Shown: positions 35,670 to 48,625, numbered from the stretch's first letter. The stretch is 64,000 nucleotides of DNA from Macrostomum lignano (GCA_002269645.1 NIVC01002647.1:1-64000), one strand, 5' to 3'. Translations and numbers: made by a program. Notes: generated by a model from the sequence alone, not told the origin.

Positions 35670-36340
35670 TTACCGCTTCTCCCCTCACTCTCCGCTTCTC
35701 CCCTGACCCTCCGCTTCTCTCCCTCTTACCCTCTGCTTTTCTCCCTCTCACCCTTCGCTTCTCTCTCTTTCCTCTTAACCTCCGCTTCTCTCCCTTCCGT
35801 CTTACCCTCCGCTTCTCTCCCTCTCACCCTCCGCTTCTCTCCTTCCTCTTACCCTCCGCTTCTCTCCCTTCCGTCTTACCCTCCACTTCTCTCCCTCTCA
35901 CCCTCCGCTTCTCTCCTTCCTCTTACCCTCCGCTTCTCTCCCTTTCCTCTTACCCTCCGCTTCTCTCCCTCTCCCCGACGCTTCTCTCCCTCTTACCCTC
36001 TGCCTTTCTCCCTCTCACCCTTCGCTTCTCTCTCTTTTCTCTTAACATCCGCTTCTCTCCCTTGTCTCTCACCCTCCGCTTCTCCCCTGACCCTCCGCTT
36101 CTCTCCCTCTTACCCTCTGCCTTTCTCCCTCTCACCCTCCGCTTCTCTTCCTTTCCTCTTACCCTCCGTTTCTCTCCCTTTCCTCTTACCCTCAGCTTCT
36201 CTCCATTTCCTCTTACCCTCCGCTTCTCTCCCTTTCCTCTTACCCTCCGCTTCTCTCCCTTTCCTCTTACCCGACGCTTCTCTCCCTCTCCCCCGACGCT
36301 TCTCTCCCTCTCACCCTCCGCTCCTCTCCCTTTCCTTCTG
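35670..36340. repeat. Polypyrimidine minisatellite (CCCTCCGCTTCTCTCCCTTTCCTCTTA-like)
   Basis: Direct reading; ORFs here are low-complexity artefacts. Confidence 0.9.
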
Positions 36341-36434
36341 CAGCATTTGAGGAGACTCGTTTCAAATTCCATCCTCGCTACTATTCAGTAGGCGATTTCG
36401 TATTGTCATAACTTAATGCCTAAATTCATTGCAG

Positions 36435-39400
36435 AAACGTTGCCTGTAAAGGTTGAGATGTGCGAGCAGTTAAAGGTGAAGCTGGCCAGCCTCCTGGCCG
36501 AAGGCTGTAACTCATCGCAGTCAGCCAGCCGGCAGCAGCTTCGCAGCTCCAATGCGATCGTCTGCCAAACTCTGGGCGAGCGGCCGCTCAAAGGCTCGCT
36601 TGCTGAGCTGCTGGAACTGGAGGCCTGCCATCTGAGGCCGGCTCTGCATCAGCACCTGCTGCAGCATCAGCACCTGCTGCAGCATCAGCACCTGCTGCAG
36701 CATCAGCAGCAGCAACCGTCTAAAGCGCTTCAATCCGCTTTAACAGCTCTGGAATCTTACCTGGAAAAGCAGCAACAGAAGCAGAAAAAGCAGCAGCAGC
36801 AAGCGCAAATCTTCCTGTCCGGCAGCTGCGATAAGCCTGGCGCTGCCGATGTAGTTCTGTGGTCCAGCCTGAGCCCCCTCCTGCTGCCGCCCGCCTCCCC
36901 TCTGTCCGCCGCCCTGACCAAATCCTTTCCTCGCCTGGCCGGCTGGTTCGGCCATGTGGCCAGATCTCATCCGGGTTTTTTTTCTTTGGGCGGCGACACT
37001 ACGACTGCGTGTAAGCCAGGGTTGCCACAGATACTATACTGTCCGTCAAAAGTTCCGGAACCCTTGCTACGATGTCTTCTAGCGGACATAATTTCAGTCC
37101 GTTTCAATTGTAACTTGATTCAAATGAAAGCTGTGGATCTCAGCTCCATGATGTGGTCAAGAAAAAGTTTATTCGAAGGAGCGCGTGTGAACAGGCCAGT
37201 GTTATGTACATAAAGGTTAGAGAAAAAAGTGAGGAAAAGACAAACAAGCAATTGTCTATGGTTGCTCTCCACCGCGTCTCAGTGCTAACAACCGGCATTT
37301 TGCTAAGCTGGCTTGTTGACGTAGACCCTGTTTTTTACTCTCCCATGAAAGCTGCTGACTGCACAGGAATCCATAAGAGCCTGTTGATTTCAACACAAGT
37401 TTTGGCCATAGACTAATGTTAGCCAGGCTGAACACTGCGCGCAAACCGATTCCTTCCCATGTGTGTTTGCTCCATAGACTCAGCAACCATAGACAATTGC
37501 TTGTTTGTCTTTTCCTCACTTTTTCTCTAGCCTTTATGTACATGGCACTGGCCTGTTCACACGCGCTCCTTCGAATAAACTTTTTCTTGACCACATCATG
37601 GAGCTGAGATCCGCAGCTTTCATTTGAATCAAGTTACAATTGAAACGGACTGAAATTATGTCCGCTAGAAGACATCGTAGCAAGGGTTCCGGAACTTTTG
37701 ACGGACAGTATATAATAACTAGATGAGGCACTCAGGCACATATACTTAGCAAAACAGCTCTCTACTTTCAGTTCAGTAGCAATGAAGAATACATAAGCTA
37801 TTTTATCAAAATAAAGGCGGCTGAAATGACTTTGATAAGTTTAGAAGCCCAAGCTTGCAGGCGTAAACAACTTGCTAATTGGTTCAGCAGTAATGTACAT
37901 TAGCCAGTCCACTGAAATGTACTTGGAAGCTGTAGGCTGGAATTCCGAGAAAGGCAATAAAAAATGGGGCGGGGCGGGGGGGTAGTGTGGTAAAACGCGG
38001 TTGGAGGGTTTAAGCTGGGGGGTAAGAGCGAATAAATGAGCCTCGGCTTAAAAAATACATTAAGATGCTTTAGTTTAACTTACTACTGAACTGAAAGTAG
38101 CTTACACGCAAATGTGCTGAATGGCCTATCTATTTAATTTTGAATCATGCATGTACATTGTTGATCATGTATGTACATTGTGGATCATGCATGTACATTG
38201 TGGATCATGCATGTACATTGTGGATCATGCATGTACATTGTTGATCATGCATGTACATTGTGAATCATGCATGTACATTGTTGATCACGTATGTACATTG
38301 TGGATCATGCATGTACACTGTTGATCATGTATGTACATTGTGGATCATGCATGTAAATTTTGGATCATACGTGGACATGATTCTCATCTATAGTAGTTTA
38401 AAGTTAGTTTTTTAGCGCACTTTAACCTATCTCAAAAGACTATTACACGCCATCATGACTAAATTTGTTGCTATTATTAGGTTAACTTAGCAATTTGACG
38501 ATAAAATGCTTCTGTTTCTACTGTAAGTATTTGACTTAGGTCATTCTGTAATTTATTTTCACATTTATAACAGCAGCAGCCGAGGAGGCTCGAACCCCCG
38601 GCCTCTGGGTAAATGCCTGCGCCGAGCCTGCCTTCGGCTGCCTCCGCGAGCCGGCGCCTCTGCCTCCCACTTCGACGACTGCGGCAGCTGCTGGCCAGCA
38701 ACAGCAGCAGAAGCAGCCGCAAAAGCAGAAATCGAAGCAGCAACAACAGCAACAGCAAAAGCAGCCGGATGAGCAGCAGGATGAGCTGCCCTATCCGGAG
38801 GCCACCCAGGAGGAGCTGGTGCTCTGCCGGGACGCCTTCCTCACCGACAACCCGCTGCGCCCGTTCCCCGCCAAAGGCGGCCGGGCCAACCCAGTGCTCC
38901 CTGTGGCCGGCCGCCGCAACCTGCTGGTGACCAGCGCCCTGCCCTACGTGAACAATGTGCCCCACCTGGGCAACATCATCGGCTGCGTGCTCAGCGCCGA
39001 TGTCTACGCCAGATTTCATCGTCAGCGCGGCGTCAATGTTCTGTACATCTCCGGCACTGACGAGTACGGCACCGCCACAGAGACCAAAGCGCTGGCCGAG
39101 GGCGTCACGCCGCAGCAGATCTGCGACAAATACCACCGAATCCACGCCGACATCTACAGGTGGTTTGGCATTGACTTCGACTATTTCGGCCGGACAACTA
39201 CTGAGCAGCAGACTAGCATAGCGCAGGACATCTTCTGGCGCCTGCACCGGGCTGGTCACGTGATACGCGACTCCGTCAGCCAGCTGTACTGCAGCAAATG
39301 CGAGAAGTTCTTGGCTGACAGGTGAGAAATGCCGTATATGTAAATATTGCCGATTTGTTTGGTTCTGAAGCGGCATTTTCATAGGGTTTTATCAGGAGGG

Positions 39401-40279
39401 CCCGAAAATTCCCCAGGGGGTCGTAGAGTAGAGTCAGATCTGAGTCGCCCCAGAGTCGCTAGAGTCACCAGTGAGCTGTTTTCAATGACTCTTTAGCGAT
39501 TCTTGTCGCGGTAACGCTTTCAACGGGTTTATTGTCCGGCTTATATAGCAGGGTAACGTCAACGTGGATGCCGCAACAAACTCGTCCTCAGGTTCGTGGA
39601 GGGCACCTGCCCGCTCTGTCAGTACGCGGACTGCCGCGGTGACCAGTGCGACAAATGCGGCCGGCTCATCAACGCTGTGGAGCTGATTAATCCCCGGTGC
39701 AAGGTGTGCTCAGCCGCCCCGACTGTTCGCTCGTCTGAGCATTTGTTTCTGGACCTGCCTCGACTGCAGCCGCAGCTGCTGGCTCACCTGGAGTCCGCGA
39801 TGGACGCCCCAGACTCGCAGTGGACTGACAACGCCAAGCACATCACCAGGAGTTGGATTAAAACCGGCCTGCAGCCCAGGTGCATCAGCAGAGATTTGAA
39901 GTGGGGCACCCCGGTACCGCTGGAGGGCTACACGGACAAGGTGTTCTACGTGTGGTTCGATGCGCCTATCGGATACGTCTCCATCACGGCTAACTATACC
40001 AAGGGTGCGGGCCGATGGAGCTTGATTGATTGATCGATCGACAGACAGACAGAAAGACAGACAGACACTAAGACACTAAGACACACAGACAGAACTAAGA
40101 CAGACACTAAGACAGACTGTAAGACAGACGGACAGAAAGATAGACACTAAGACACATAGACTAAAAGACAGACACTAAGACACACATGCAGACAGACAGA
40201 CAGACAGACACCAAAACACAGACTCAAAGACAAACACTAAGACACACATGCAAACAGACACACAGACACCAAAACACAC

Positions 40280-40310
<31 letters not shown>

Positions 40311-40425
40311 TAGACAGACACTAAGACACACGTGCAGACAGACACACAGACACCAAAACACAGACTCATACACAAACACTAAGACACACATGCAGACAGA
40401 CACACAGACACCAAAACACACAGAT

Positions 40426-40464
<39 letters not shown>

Positions 40465-40489
40465 TAGACAGACACTAAGACACACGTGC

Positions 40490-40530
<41 letters not shown>

Positions 40531-40621
40531 CCAAAACACACAGATAGACAGACAGACAGACACTAAGACACACAGACAGAACTAAGACAGACACTAGAAC
40601 AGACACTAGGACAGACACTAG

Positions 40622-40653
<32 letters not shown>

Positions 40654-42990
40654 CTAAGACACTAAGACACACGTGCAGACAGACAGACAGACAGAGAGAG
40701 AAACAGACAGCAACAATCGCTATACACACCGACCGCTCCCCATCCCCTCAGACTGGGAGCAGTGGTGGAAGCGGCCAGACGATGTCACCCTGGTGCAGTT
40801 CATGGCCAAAGACAATGTGCCATTCCACTCTGTGATATTCCCGTCCTGCTGCCTTGGCGCGGCAGACAATTACACGATGGTGAGGCACCTGGTTGCCACG
40901 GAGTACCTGAACTACGAGGACGGCAAATTTTCGAAAAGTCGCGGCGTCGGCGTCTTCGGCAACGACGTCCAGGCAACCGGCATCGAGGCGGACGTGTGGC
41001 GATTCTACCTGCTGTACGTGCGGCCGGAGAGCCAGGACAGCAGCTTCTCCTGGGAGGATCTGATGCTCAAGAACAACAGCGAGTTGCTCAACAATCTCGG
41101 CAACTTCATCAACCGGCCGTTGCAGTTTCTCAAGAAATATTTCGACGCCAAAGTGCCGGAGATCAGTCTGAGCCAGGAGGACCTGCGATTTCTGCACGCC
41201 GTAAATCACGAATTGCAGATTTATATTGACAGCTTGGAGAAGGCCAAGCTCAGGGACGGCCTGCGTAGGGTGCTCAACATTTCCAGGTGGGTGTTATGCA
41301 GATTATTATAAACTGGGGGTTGGTCTCAGATTTACTGCTTGGGGTGTTCAATCGGATCATCATTATACCTATCTGTTAAAGACCCCTTTTAGTGCGTTTA
41401 GAGCCCCTCAGCCCACTATAAGAATCGCCCCTCAGCTCACTATAAGAATCGCCCCTCAGCCCACTATAAGAATCGCCCCTCAGCCCACTATAAGAATCGC
41501 CCCTCAGCTCACTATAAGAATCGCCCCTCAGCTCACTATAAGAATCGCCCCTCAGCCCACTATAAGAATCGCCCCTCAGCCCACTATAAGAATCGCCCCT
41601 CAGCTCACTATAAGAATCGCCCCTCAGCTCACTATAAGAATCGCCCCTCAGCCCACTATAAGAATCGCCCCTCAGCTCACTATAAGAATCGCCCCTCAGC
41701 CCACTATAAGAATCGCCCCTCAGCCCACTATAAGAATCGCCCCTCAGCTCACTATAAGAATCGCCCCTCAGCTCACTATAAGAATCGCCCCTCAGCCCAC
41801 TATAAGAATCGCCCCTCAGCCCACTATAAGAATCGCCCCTCAGCTCACTATAAGAATCGCCCCTCAGCCCACTATAAGAATCGCCCCTCAGCCCACTATA
41901 AGAATCGCCCCTGAGCTCACTATAAGAATCGCCCCTCAGCCCACTATAAGAATCGCCCCTCAGCCCACTATAAGAATCGCCCCTGAGCTCACTATAAGAA
42001 TCGCCCCTCAGCTCACTATAAGAATCGCCCCTCAGCCCACTATAAGAATCGCCCCTCAGCTCACTATAAGAATCGCCCCTCAGCTCACTATAAGAATCGC
42101 CCCTCAGCCCACTATAAGAATCGCCCCTCAGCTCACTGTAAGAATCGCCCCTCAGCGCACTATAAGAATCGCCCCCTCAGCGCAATACAAGAATTGCACC
42201 TCAGCCCACAAGAAGAATCGCCCCTCAGCCCACGAGAAAAATCGCCCCTCAGCCCACAAGAAGAATCGCCCCTCAGCTCTCAAGAAGAATCGCCCCTCAG
42301 CCCACAAGAAGAATCGCCTTTCAGCTCACAAGAAGAATCGCCCCTCAGCCCACAAGAAGAATCGCCCCTCAGCTCACAAGAAGAATCGCCCCTCAGCTCA
42401 CAAGAAGAATCGCCCCTCAGCTCACAAGAAGAATCGCCCCTCAGCCCACAAGAAGAATCGCCCCTCAGCTCACAAGAAGAATCGCCCCTCAGCTCACAAG
42501 AAGAATCGCCCCTCAGCCCACAAGAAGAATCGCCCCAGCCCAGCACAAGAATCGCCCTCCGCCACTACCGAAGCCCCCAGCCACAGCTGGCACTCCCCGC
42601 AACCGCCGCAGGTACGGCAACCAGTACATGCAGCTGAACAAGCCGTGGGCCCAGCTCAGCAACAAGGACACGGCAGCCAGAGCCGCCTCAGTCGTGGCCC
42701 TGGCAGCCAACGTGGCCTGCTTGCTAGGCGCCCTGCTCCAACCCTACATGCCCAGCGTGGCCATTCGGGTTGCTCAGCAGTGCGGCTGCCTGCCAACAAA
42801 ATCTGCCCAGCAACCGCAGGCTGAGTTCGGTGACCGGCCTCCGCTGTTGCCAATTCAGCATCCGATGCGGCGCCTGCTGCCGGCCGGCCATCGAATTGGC
42901 GAGCCCAGCCCGCTGTTTGCTAAAGTACAACGCGACCAGGTGGATGCCATGCGGGCCAAGTTTGGCGGCAACGGGGCACGCGGCGAATGA
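36435..42990 (+). CDS. MARS1: Cytosolic methionyl-tRNA synthetase; exons 36435-37010, 38574-39321, 39592-40004, 40752-41286, 42612-42990; first coding exon not resolved (candidate ATG 35388)
   Basis: GST-like N-domain (ADVVLWSSL...FPRLAGWF), [18 protein letters not shown] (HIGH), zinc knuckles, [26 protein letters not shown] (KMSKS), NNLGNFINR; all four junctions are GT-AG and phase-consistent. Confidence 0.95.
37037..37710. mobile_element. Tc1/mariner-type MITE (~670 bp) with ~230-bp TIRs in a MARS1 intron
   Basis: 37037-37266 is the near-perfect reverse complement of 37482-37710; TA(TA) on both flanks. Confidence 0.85.
38140..38375. repeat. 20-bp minisatellite (ATCATGCATGTACATTGTGG), about 11 copies, intronic
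   Basis: Direct reading. Confidence 0.9.
40040..40705. repeat. (GACA)n-based compound microsatellite, intronic
   Basis: Direct reading. Confidence 0.9.
41403..42560 (+). repeat. 24-bp minisatellite in the last MARS1 intron, two sub-arrays (…CACTATAAGAATCG… then …CACAAGAAGAATCG…)
   Basis: ~32 copies of CCCCTCAGC(C/T)CACTATAAGAATCG then ~15 of CCCCTCAGC(C/T)CACAAGAAGAATCG; explains the 532-aa [11 protein letters not shown]. Confidence 0.95.
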
Positions 42991-44399
42991 CAATTGGCTG
43001 ACAGGCTGCCTTTCTTAGTCACCACATTGCATGAAATTGCGACTAAAAAAACTTGCTATACTACTTCTTCTGATTGTAGCAGTGAGTAGCGCGAGGAGCG
43101 AGCGTGTGTTTTTTAATCTGTTGTATTGCTTCCCCGACCGGAAATAATTGTTCTTTAAATGCGTCAAATAGCACATAAAAAATGAGTTGGGGGGAATCCC
43201 AAAATAACTGTCGAAACGACACGAAATTTGTGAGAATCGACAATTGGTGGCACAGCTTGGCACAAATATAACTGTGCCAAGCTGTGCCAATTGGCACATG
43301 TGACACAATTAAGAATCAAATTTTTAATTGTGCACTGCTGTGCCACAACTGTGCCACAACTGTGCCAGTTGTCTCAGCTATTTTTGAGTGCTTATAATTG
43401 TGCACAACTGTGCCATAAATGTACCATTTGGCACCATACGAGTAAATGTGCAGCTAGAAGCAGTTAAACTAGCGCGTACTGTGCCATTTGGCGTAAATTC
43501 TCCAGACGGCTAGTGAATTTGCAGTTTAAAGCAGTTGAACTAAGCGCATAATATGCTATCTGATGCTGTCATAGTTGACCCGTTAGTCAACTACGAGTTA
43601 TGAAGTGTATGAAGTAGCTAAGATTTGCGAGAGGTCCTTCTCATGTTTAAATGAGGGAAGACAAATTGAAAAGAGTTGTCAATGTAAATTAAACTTTAAA
43701 ATAATGTTGAGCGCGAACATAAACAGATTGAAACAGTTGGAAAAAGGGATGTTGCATAAATACGTATATATTTAATGGGAAGTAGCAAATAGGACAAAAA
43801 ACATGTATAAAACAGGAAAAAGGGGAGGCTGCGGAATTAAAAAATGCATACTAGAAGTTAACGGAAAGAAACATAACAGACAGCGGACATTGGACAGGAA
43901 ACAAAAAACAACGTAATTAAAAAGCGCGGTGCATGAAAATTGTGGTGCCAGCCAAAGAGTTTACACTTCTAATACATTTGAAACTAAAACATGCAATGTA
44001 ACAAATTAACTACTGAGTCGACTACACGTGGCACAGGATTTTAATGTAACAACATGTATACATCTAATGTATTAATTTAAAAAGCACAAACAAACAACTA
44101 GATAAAAAACAAGCAATTAGTGAAACCAACTCCAATACCTCTGTTCCCCTATACTTTTCTAGTTAGACAACAAGTCTGATTCCTGGTGCTATTGTAATTT
44201 ACGAGTCTGGAACTAACTATAGTAATGTAGTTGGTTACTTTATGTGGGAAAGAGCATATTTCCAGGGGAAAACAAAACCAGAAACATGAGGGAGACAGAC
44301 CAAGCTAGACGGGTCCCGCATCTGCCAAACAAGTTTAGTTTTGCTAGATGCAACAGCAGATATCCCGCGCTCAGTCCTCGCGAGTGCATTAGCCGCCTC

Positions 44400-45058
44400 C
44401 GACTGCACAGTGTCAGTGACATTGGCAGCCGCACCTTGACGAAGTTTCTTTACAGGCAAACGTCCGGATTGCTTTTCACGCCGACTGACGGTGATGGAGC
44501 ATCGGACGTAGGCCTTTTCAATCGCTTTCATTGTTTGGGATGTCGATTCCAGCCAGGTAGCAGGCGTGGCCGACCAGGCTCAGTAGCGCGACCGCTCAAC
44601 GACGTTACCAAAATCTCGTCGTCGCTGAAGCACCCCCGCACCATCTCGCGGAGAAGTGCATTGAGGTTGGCCGGAGTCGTTGGTTCTTGATATATCCTTA
44701 CTGGCCATGACCCTGGTCCGAGCGACGTTGGACGTAAAGGCGAAACCGATTGGCTGCAGAGGTGTTTTTTAAGGATTGAAGAGCGATTGAGAGTAACAAT
44801 AGGATATTTGCGCGATCATAAATGAAGGACTATTAATTTCTTACCGTAGTATAATTTCTTTCCATTGTCGTCGACCAGCATGTTGTCAACTGTGACGGCT
44901 GGGTCCACGAGCTGATCTAGATGGACGGCGAGATGCTGCGTGATCTGCTGCTTTAGTTCTTTTGTAATGGCGTCAATCAAACGCGGTTGCGCCATTTTCG
45001 AGCGTCTGAGCAGATCATGCCGCAAGTTGGGAGTGAAAACCTGCCGGTCATCTGCCAA
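44400..45058 (-). pseudogene. Decayed ORF with a BEN-domain-like segment
   Basis: NLNALLREMVRGCFSDDEILVTSLSGRATEPGRPRL then (frameshift) TMKAIEKAY matches the BEN pattern LL..LF...EL...SL.G....R..L.P....AI. Confidence 0.45.
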
Positions 45059-45136
45059 AATCGAAGCTACTGACGTCGCAGCCTCAGTGCAAGTTGCACC
45101 GGGTGTGTGTCAAACAGTTTTGTTAGGTAATTAGCA

Positions 45137-45745
45137 ATAAAAAAGGTTATTTGAGCCAAGTGTGCCAAGAAAGACAAATATATATAACTGTGCCAAATGT
45201 CATAGCTGTGACACAACTGGTACAATTGTAGCAAGTGTGCCAAGTGTGCCAGTCTGTTTTAATAACCAATTAGCTATAAAAAGGATATTCGTGCCAAGTG
45301 TGCCAAGAAGGACAGTCCAAGACAGTTATATAACTGTGTCAAATAGTATAGCTGTGGCACAACTGGTACACTTGTAGTAAGTGCGCCAAGTGTGCCAAAT
45401 GGTTTCCAAGGGGAATTAGCTATAAAAAGGTTATTTGTGCCAGGTGTGCCAAATAGGACATACAAAGACATTTATAACTGTGCTAAATGGTATAGCTGTG
45501 GCACAACTGGCACAATTGTAGCAAGTGTGCCAAGTGTGCCAATTGGTTTCATTGGCCAATTAGCAGTAAAAATACTATTTGTGTCAAGTGTGCCAAATAG
45601 GACATACATCGACATTTACAAACTGTGCCAAATGGCATAGCTACGGCACAATTGGTACAATTGTATCAAGTGTGTCAAATATGACATACAAAGACATTTA
45701 TAACTCTGTCAAAGGGCATATTTGTGGCACAACTGGCACACTTAC
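45137..45745. repeat. ~140-bp diverged tandem repeat rich in GTGCCAA/TTGGCAC; related motifs at 43230-43440
   Basis: About 4 units starting near 45137, 45275, 45421, 45565. Confidence 0.75.
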
Positions 45746-45864
45746 TGTTTTTGAAAGGACAAATATTTTCGGTCGGGTCTAACCTGTTCAAGAGTTTAAG
45801 TTTCAAATCAATAACTAATGGATTGCTAATTTATCAGCATGATGATTTAGACAATTTCGCACCT

Positions 45865-46117
45865 AAACGTCACGGGTTCGATTCGGTGCGCGGCCGATTC
45901 GATGCGTACGGCTGTTCAGTCCAAGGACTGGGGAGTCGCCACACACAGCCTCAGTTACCCCAGCTAATGCTGGCACCCATTTTACAGCTGGGTGAACTGA
46001 AGCAATGCAGAGTTAATTGTCTTGCTCAAGGACACAAATTGTTCCAGCGGGATCGGGAATCGAACCCCTGACCTTCAAGTCGTGAGATCGACGCTCTAAC
46101 CACTGGGCTACAACAAC
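45865..46117 (-). mobile_element. tRNA-derived CORE-SINE
   Basis: A box TAGCCCAGTGG (46110-46100), B box GGTTCGATTCC (46066-46056), then GTGTCCTTGAGCAAGACA.TTAACTC...CAG.TGTAAAATGGG, similar to the MIR CORE domain. Confidence 0.75.
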
Positions 46118-46599
46118 TCACACCTGACAATGAGACTGGTTGTGACAATGAGAAAGTTGCAGGGGTCGCTGTACACCGTGAGAACTGGTGCCTCTGTACA
46201 TGTGACTGTGAGTGCAGCGGAATGGACACGACTGCGCTTGTCCTGACCAGATTAGCAATCCATTGCCTAAGTAATGATAGTTCTTTTTTAAGTGTGCAGC
46301 TCTAAATGCAAACTTGTGTCACCTACGAGTATAGTTAAAAATTAATAGACGACCATGAGTAGTGCTCATTTTGATGGCATTTTTTCGGACACCGCGCCAG
46401 CGACTGATAATGCAGCAGAAGAGAGAAAATAATTGAATTAATGATTGATTTTCGCTGACTTGGTATTGGAAATTGGATTGGATTGAAAATGAAAGGTGAA
46501 TTTTTATATCAGCTTTCTTTTGTCAAATTTTAACCTCTAGTACATGTGGACTATTTATGTAATTATGTAAATTAAATTTTGAAGCTAGGATGGTTCGGG

Positions 46600-46730
46600 C
46601 CATAGACTATAAATCTGTGATGGTTTGGCCATAGACTATAAATCTGTGATAGGGCTTTGGCCATAGACTATAAATCTGTGATAGTTTGGCCTTAGACTAT
46701 AAAGCTGTGATAGGGCTTTGGCCATAGACT
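46600..46730. repeat. Short tandem repeat GGCCATAGACTATAAATCTGTGAT(AGGGCTTT), 4-5 copies
   Basis: Direct reading. Confidence 0.8.
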
Positions 46731-47574
46731 CTACATGTAGAACTGAAATGTTTTAGTCCATGCACCTAACTCGAGAAAATCTGATAACTTGAGAAAATAA
46801 TAACTGGTTCAATATAAAAAAAGTTTGATCTAATTTAGTAACTCAATAATCTCGTTCAAGCTATACATATATGACATAATCAGTTTGTGTTGTATGTCAG
46901 CAGTTTGCTTTCGCTAGCTTGCATCGCAAAATAAAGAATTATCTCGCCAATTCGTGTTTTCTCGGACCATGCAGCTCAAACCGGATCAATTATGCCCAGA
47001 ATTATCACAAAGCTGATTCAACCTGTGAAACAGAAAAAAATTCCATTTAAGAAAACTCACGATTTGCTTTTAAGCACTTTTACGCAAATTTGGGTACGAG
47101 CGTATATGCATATGTTACTTAGAATTAGGACAATTAAGATTAGGCTGTTTAAACTTGCCCTTATGCACAAATGATAAACAAATCAAATAAACAAATGTTA
47201 CAGTATAAACTTCATAGGGCTTGTTGAACTTTAGTTAGACATATCGTTTTTTTCCGTTTCCATTAAAATTACTAAAAAAACAGATATTTCAATCAAGAAA
47301 TTTCGCAAACGTTACTTTAATTACTATATTGGTTAGTAACGCTTTACTGCTATATAATAAAGCACTTTCTTGCATTATACAAACAGTTAGCTGTCTCAGT
47401 GCTACGGGTGCTGCAGAGCTGATTAATAAACAAGTCGTGCTGAATTGCCGATGCAAAGCTATAGCTGCGATATAGCAGAGAGTGAGATCCGAGATGGAGT
47501 CACTCAATGGGCCACCGCTCCCCAATTTTAACCTTTTTAGGGACAAACGATCGTAATAGCAACAAATTGATATC

Positions 47575-47822
47575 CCTCAACCTAACCCTGCCCTAACCCT
47601 ACCCGAACCCTTACCCTAATCTTAACCTATCCCTACCTTAACTCTGCTTTAATCTCAACCTAATCCTACCCTTATCTCAACCTAACCCTACCCTAACCCC
47701 AACCTAACCCTACCCTAACCCCAACTTAATCCTACACCAAAACCCCAACCTAACTCTACCCTAACCCCAACCTAACCCTACCCAACCTCAACCTAACCCT
47801 ACCCTAACCCTACCCTAACCTA
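47575..47822. repeat. Degenerate CCCTAA/CCCTA telomere-like tract
   Basis: Mixed CCTAACCCTACCCTAACCC units. Confidence 0.7.
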
Positions 47823-48078
47823 GGTTGGTCGCAGTCAAAGTTCAACCTAAGTAAGTTAAAACTTAAAGTTTCAAAATCAAAATTATATTTGGCACCGACA
47901 AACACCCTTTTAATGGCTACCATAGCAACAGGCACAGGTTCATTGACCTACATGTTATATCGCAGGCATAGGCAACTCGCTACTATTATTATACTTAACC
48001 TATAGACACGTACTAAGCCTAAGGTTCAAAAAAACTCCTTAAATTGAAAATGCGAGGCAGGCAGTCGCCAAACAAATC

Positions 48079-48379
48079 CTAGCGGTCAGCCCGCGTCAAA
48101 TCCATGTTGCTCTTCGCCATCTCGTCGCGCCTTATCGACAGACTCGGCCAGATTTTCTGCACCTCGCCGCCGCACCGAAAGCAGATCCGGTCGGGCGGCA
48201 CTTCCGGTAGAAAATCGCTGCGCGCCTCGTGGAGTCTGGAGTGGATGAGGATCACCAGGAAGAGGGACAGGAGCAGCAGGATCACGTGGCAGACGGCCTG
48301 CATCGCTCCCAGGGCCATCGAGTTGAGCACGGTGTACATTTTCTTGATGACGACGATGTTGTACTCATCTGAGCTCGCT
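48079..48379 (-). CDS. Probable terminal exon of an unidentified membrane protein
   Basis: GC-rich open frame with hydrophobic VILLLLSLFLVILI, acceptor-like ttactcgtag, stop TAG. Confidence 0.4.
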
Positions 48380-48556
48380 ACGAGTAACTCATTGCTGCTT
48401 TCAGTCGGGAAGATTTCAGTACTTTTGCCAACTATTCTGATAGATACAAATTGATTCAAGCCATAAACTAGCGAAGCTTTTTATTCTTGATTCACGGGAC
48501 AACGCTATGCCCCCGCGAATCCGTGGTTTTACTGCACACTGCACACAACTTGCAGG

Positions 48557-48625
<69 letters not shown>

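Noticed and set aside
41226-42824. 532-aa [16 protein letters not shown] repeat protein
   Set aside because: Lies in a MARS1 intron with phase-consistent flanking exons; product of a 24-bp repeat
46040-46117. tRNA gene
   Set aside because: A and B boxes are present but the acceptor stem does not close and a CORE domain follows; it is a SINE head
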